Part shown: one piece after another, positions 26,905-29,989 of the stretch
Layout of the letters: every line of letters starts with the position of its first letter
Numbering within the stretch: position 1 is the first letter of the stretch
The notes under the pieces: model-generated
Told to the model about the DNA's origin: nothing
Seen by the model: the letters and a program-made list of their open reading frames with translations, nothing else
Databases searched by the model: none
NCBI RefSeq assembly: GCF_020073745.1
Contig: NZ_JAIRAU010000047.1
Location: 1 to 29,989 of the forward strand
Origin: Nannocystis pusilla
GTDB taxonomy: Bacteria > Myxococcota_A > Polyangia > Nannocystales > Nannocystaceae
Reading direction: 5' to 3'
Length of the DNA: 29,989 bases
Program-made: the position numbers and the translations under genes

Positions 26905-28887
26905 ATGCACCTCGTCCGCGTCGCCGCCGCCGCCCTCAACCAGACGCCGCTCGACTGGGACGGCAACCAGGCCCGGATCCTCGAGGCGATCCGCCTGGCC
27001 CGCCAGCAGGGCGTCGCCGTCCTGGTCCTGCCCGAGCTGTGCATCCCCGGCTACGGCTGCGAGGACGCGTTCTTCGGCCGCGGCACGATCCTCGAGTCGT
27101 GGCGCGTGCTGCAGGAGCTGCTGCCGGAGACGCAGGGCATCGTCGTCGCGCTCGGCCTGCCGATCATGCACCGCGCCGCCAACTACAACGCGGTGTGCCT
27201 GGTCGCCGACGGCCACATCGTCGGCCTGGTCGGCAAGCGCTTCCTCGCCGGCGACGGCATCCACTACGAGCCGCGGTGGTTCAAGGGCTGGCCGGCCGGC
27301 AAGTTCGTGCAGTGGGAGCACGACGGCCACAGCTACCCGCTCGGCGACCAGATCTTCGAGGTCGGCGGCCTGCGGATCGGCTTCGAGATCTGCGAGGACG
27401 CGTGGGTCCCGAACCGCCCCGGCGTCGAGCTCGCCAGCCAGGGCGTCGACTTCATCTGCAACCCGAGCGCCAGCCACTTCGCCTTCGGCAAGCACGAGGT
27501 GCGCAAGCAGATCGTCCTCAACGCCTCGCGCAGCTTCCGCGCCACCTACGTCTACTCCAACTTCATCGGCAACGAGTCCGGCCGCGTCATCTACGACGGC
27601 GAGTGCATGATCGCCTCGATCGGCCACCTGATCGCCGAGGGCCCGCGGCTCGGCTACGACGACGTGTACCTCACCAGCGCCGTGGTCGACGTCGACCTCG
27701 CGCGCATGCTCCACGCCCGCACCACCTACGCGCCCACCGTCGACGACAACGTCCGCCGGATCACCCGCTTCGACATGAAGCTCCCGGGCGCCGACCTGCC
27801 GCCGCACACCGTCGACCCCGACGACGAGCTGCGCAACGACAAGCGTGAGGAGTTCTCGCGGGCCGTCGCGCTCGGCCTGTTCGACTACCTGCGCAAGAGC
27901 CGGTCGCGCGGCTTCGTCGTCTCGCTCAGCGGCGGCGCCGACTCGGCCGCCGTCGCCTACCTCGTGCACGTCATGGTCATGCTCGCGGTCCAGGAGCTCG
28001 GCGTCGAGGCCACCTGCGCCCGCCTGGGCCTGCCCGAGGGCGTGTGCACCACCCCGCGCGCGATCGTCCGCTCGCTCCTCACCTGCGTCTACCAGTCGAC
28101 CGCCAACAGCTCCGACACCACGCGCAACGCCGCCGCCGCGGTCGCCGAGGCCGTCGGCGCCGAGTTCATCGAGTTCGACGTCGACCCGCTGGTGCGCACC
28201 TACGTGAGCAACGTCGAGGCCGCGATCGGCCGCGAGCTGTCGTGGCAGCGCGACGACATCGCCCTGCAGAACATCCAGGCCCGCGCCCGCGCCCCCGGCG
28301 TGTGGCTGCTGGCCAACCTGCGCGGCGCCCTCCTGCTCGCCACCAGCAACCGCAGCGAGGCCGCCGTCGGCTACGCCACCATGGACGGCGACACCTGCGG
28401 CGGCCTGTCGCCGATCGCCGGCATCGACAAGGCCTTCCTGCGCGAGTGGCTGCGGTGGGTCGAGGCCGAGGGCCCCGCGGGCGTCGGCCCCATGCCCGCC
28501 CTGCGCGCCGTCAACGTCCAGGCCCCGACCGCCGAGCTGAGGCCCTCCGGCGCCCACCAGACCGACGAGGGCGACCTGATGCCCTACCCGATCCTCGACG
28601 CCATCGAGCGCGCGGCGATCCGCGACAAGCTGGCGCCGAAGGAGGTCTACCGGGTGCTCGCCAGCCGCTTCCCGCAGCGATCCCGCGACCAGCTGCTGCT
28701 GTGGGTCAAGCGCTTCTTCCGCCTGTGGAGCCAGAACCAGTGGAAGCGCGAGCGCTACGCGCCGAGCTTCCACCTCGACGACGAGAACCTCGACCCCAAG
28801 ACGTGGTGCCGCTTCCCGATCCTCTCGGGCGGCTTCGCGCACGAGCTCGCCGAGCTCGAGGCCTTCGTCAAGCACGACGACGACTGA
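26905..28887 (+). CDS. nadE: Glutamine-dependent NAD+ synthetase (N-terminal CN-hydrolase/nitrilase domain plus C-terminal NAD synthetase domain), 660 aa.
   Basis: The nitrilase-like domain has catalytic-region motifs (LPELCIPGY, FEICED). The PP-loop is SGGADSA. The length matches the long glutamine-dependent form. AGGAGA lies 6 nt upstream of the ATG. Confidence 0.9.
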   Translation: MHLVRVAAAALNQTPLDWDGNQARILEAIRLARQQGVAVLVLPELCIPGYGCEDAFFGRGTILESWRVLQELLPETQGIVVALGLPIMHRAANYNAVCLVADGHIVGLVGKRFLAGDGIHYEPRWFKGWPAGKFVQWEHDGHSYPLGDQIFEVGGLRIGFEICEDAWVPNRPGVELASQGVDFICNPSASHFAFGKHEVRKQIVLNASRSFRATYVYSNFIGNESGRVIYDGECMIASIGHLIAEGPRLGYDDVYLTSAVVDVDLARMLHARTTYAPTVDDNVRRITRFDMKLPGADLPPHTVDPDDELRNDKREEFSRAVALGLFDYLRKSRSRGFVVSLSGGADSAAVAYLVHVMVMLAVQELGVEATCARLGLPEGVCTTPRAIVRSLLTCVYQSTANSSDTTRNAAAAVAEAVGAEFIEFDVDPLVRTYVSNVEAAIGRELSWQRDDIALQNIQARARAPGVWLLANLRGALLLATSNRSEAAVGYATMDGDTCGGLSPIAGIDKAFLREWLRWVEAEGPAGVGPMPALRAVNVQAPTAELRPSGAHQTDEGDLMPYPILDAIERAAIRDKLAPKEVYRVLASRFPQRSRDQLLLWVKRFFRLWSQNQWKRERYAPSFHLDDENLDPKTWCRFPILSGGFAHELAELEAFVKHDDD

Positions 28888-28897
28888 GCCCGGCGCA

Positions 28898-28937
28898 GGA
28901 TGTGTCCGGATGGACATGTCCTGCGAGACAGCTCTTA
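28898..28937. repeat. GGATGTGTCCGG, GGACATGTCC (28912-28921), GAGACAGCTCTTA.
   Basis: It nearly matches 5184-5210 and lies immediately after the nadE stop. Confidence 0.65.
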
Positions 28938-29030
28938 CGCACCCCGGCCCGCTGGGTCCCCTGCGCTCGCGGCGACCGTCCGCGCCCGAACGCTCCGCCC
29001 CGCCGGGCCCGGTGCGTCCGGCGCCGTCTC

Positions 29031-29158
29031 ACATGTCTCTCGGGCCAGGCCACTCCCGGCGCCGGGCTCGACGGATGTCTCTTCGGACAGCCCCCCGTCG
29101 CCCACCCACGCCCGGCCGAGCCCGCCGCCCGCATCGACCTGTCCTTTCGGACATGCGC
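29031..29158. repeat. Three spaced hairpin-type units: CACATGTCTCTCGGGCCAGG (29031-29050), GGATGTCTCTTCGGACAGCC (29073-29092), CTGTCCTTTCGGACATGCGCC (29135-29158).
   Basis: The shared core is ATGTCTCTTCGGACAG, with UUCG-type loops, in the 5' leader of the downstream methyltransferase gene. Confidence 0.6.
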
Positions 29159-29226
29159 CATCCGACGGTCGAGCCCGCCGCAGCGCCCGCGCGGGCGCCC
29201 GTCCGGGCCCGCGCTATGCTGCCGTC

Positions 29227-29934
29227 ATGCGCCGGTCGAGCTTACTCCTGTGTACGCTCGTGGCCTGCGCCGCCGCCATGGACGAGCCCACCCAAGCCCG
29301 CAGCCGCATGGTCGAGCAACAGCTGGCCGGCCGCGACATCACCGACGAGCATGTCCTTTCGGCCATGCGCCGGGTCCCGCGCGAGCGGTTCGTCCCGCCC
29401 GAGGATCAGCGCTTCGCCTACGGCGATCATCCGCTGCCGATCGGCCACGGCGCCACCATCAGCCAGCCGTACATCGTCGCGCTCATGACCCAGCTCGCGC
29501 GCGTGCAGCCGGGCGACCGCGTGCTCGACGTCGGCACCGGCTCCGGCTACCAGGCCGCCGTGCTGGCCGAGATGGGCGCCGAGGTCTACAGCATCGAGGT
29601 CGTGACCGCGCTGGCCGAGCAGGCCGCCAGCCTGCTGGAGGAGCTCGACTACGACAACGTCCACGTGCGCGCCGGCGACGGCTACCGCGGCTGGCCGGAG
29701 GCCGCGCCGTTCGCCGCCATCATCGTCGCCGCCGCCGCCCCGACGATCCCGCGCCCGCTCACCGAGCAGCTCGCCGTCGGCGGCCGCCTCGTGATCCCCG
29801 TCGGCGAGTTCGTCCAGGACCTGCAGGTGCTCGAGAAGCGCCCGAGCGGCGACCTCCACCTCGAGACCGTCCTGCCGGTGCGCTTCGTGCCGATGGTCGG
29901 CGAGGTCGAGTCGCAGCCGCGCTCGCGCTACTGA
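29227..29934 (+). CDS. pcm: Protein-L-isoaspartate (D-aspartate) O-methyltransferase with an N-terminal lipoprotein-type signal peptide.
   Basis: TISQPYIVALMTQLA, VLDVGTGSGYQAAVLAE and VRFVPMVG align to E. coli Pcm. The N-terminus MRRSSLLLCTLVACAAA has an LVAC lipobox. Confidence 0.85.
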   Translation: MRRSSLLLCTLVACAAAMDEPTQARSRMVEQQLAGRDITDEHVLSAMRRVPRERFVPPEDQRFAYGDHPLPIGHGATISQPYIVALMTQLARVQPGDRVLDVGTGSGYQAAVLAEMGAEVYSIEVVTALAEQAASLLEELDYDNVHVRAGDGYRGWPEAAPFAAIIVAAAAPTIPRPLTEQLAVGGRLVIPVGEFVQDLQVLEKRPSGDLHLETVLPVRFVPMVGEVESQPRSRY

Positions 29935-29989
29935 GCCGCGACCGCTCGCATGACGTGTCCGTCACACCCGGCCCCCGGCCCCCGACGCG

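Noticed and set aside
29345-29368. The GAGCATGTCCTTTCGGCCATGCGCC motif inside pcm, considered as another in-frame element insertion.
   Set aside because: The encoded DEHVLSAMRRVPRE aligns to the conserved DEQVLNALAAVPRE of E. coli Pcm, so this is native coding sequence that resembles the motif by chance. It shows that not every in-CDS hit is an insertion.

Overview
This is a ~30 kb, very GC-rich (about 70%) chromosomal window with third-codon-position GC near 90%. Gene content (FG-GAP, CAP and TAXI proteins, many lipoproteins with Thr/Ser-rich linkers, a DHCR7-type sterol reductase) looks like a Myxococcota-type genome; this is an inference, not a database result. I can support 28 protein-coding genes, no rRNA, tRNA, CRISPR or IS/transposase genes, and many Arg/Ala/Pro-rich shadow ORFs that I discard. 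Recognisable products include rpiA, a glutamine-dependent NAD synthetase, protein-L-isoaspartate O-methyltransferase, a delta-9 fatty-acid desaturase, an M28 aminopeptidase, a GFA-family protein, an SDR, a DHCR7/ERG4-family sterol reductase, an orphan beta-class DNA methyltransferase, a TauE/SafE exporter, and CAP-domain and FG-GAP lipoproteins. Three things go beyond routine annotation. (1) A pervasive short palindromic repeat family built from clustered RRRCATGYYY decamers (GGACATGTCC, GGGCATGCCC and variants, often with CTGTC..GACAG arms and UUCG-type loops) sits at nearly every gene junction, especially convergent 3' ends. It also sits in frame inside at least seven genes, where it is marked by local clusters of rare codons, and it supplies C-termini, stop codons, a signal peptide and a pair of overlapping divergent start codons. 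This resembles Rickettsia palindromic elements (RPE) that insert in frame into genes. (2) A six-gene, translationally coupled operon at 21842-28887 encodes a P-loop ATPase, two unknowns, an IucA/IucC-family synthetase, a divergent Prs-like pyrophosphokinase and NadE; this is a candidate undescribed pathway or system. (3) A TAXI-type solute-binding domain is fused to a 2-TM pore with a non-canonical TGNF filter and RCK-like domains, and is preceded by a stand-alone RCK-like gene; this is a candidate ligand-gated channel. All functional calls come from motif recognition by eye. No searches were run.
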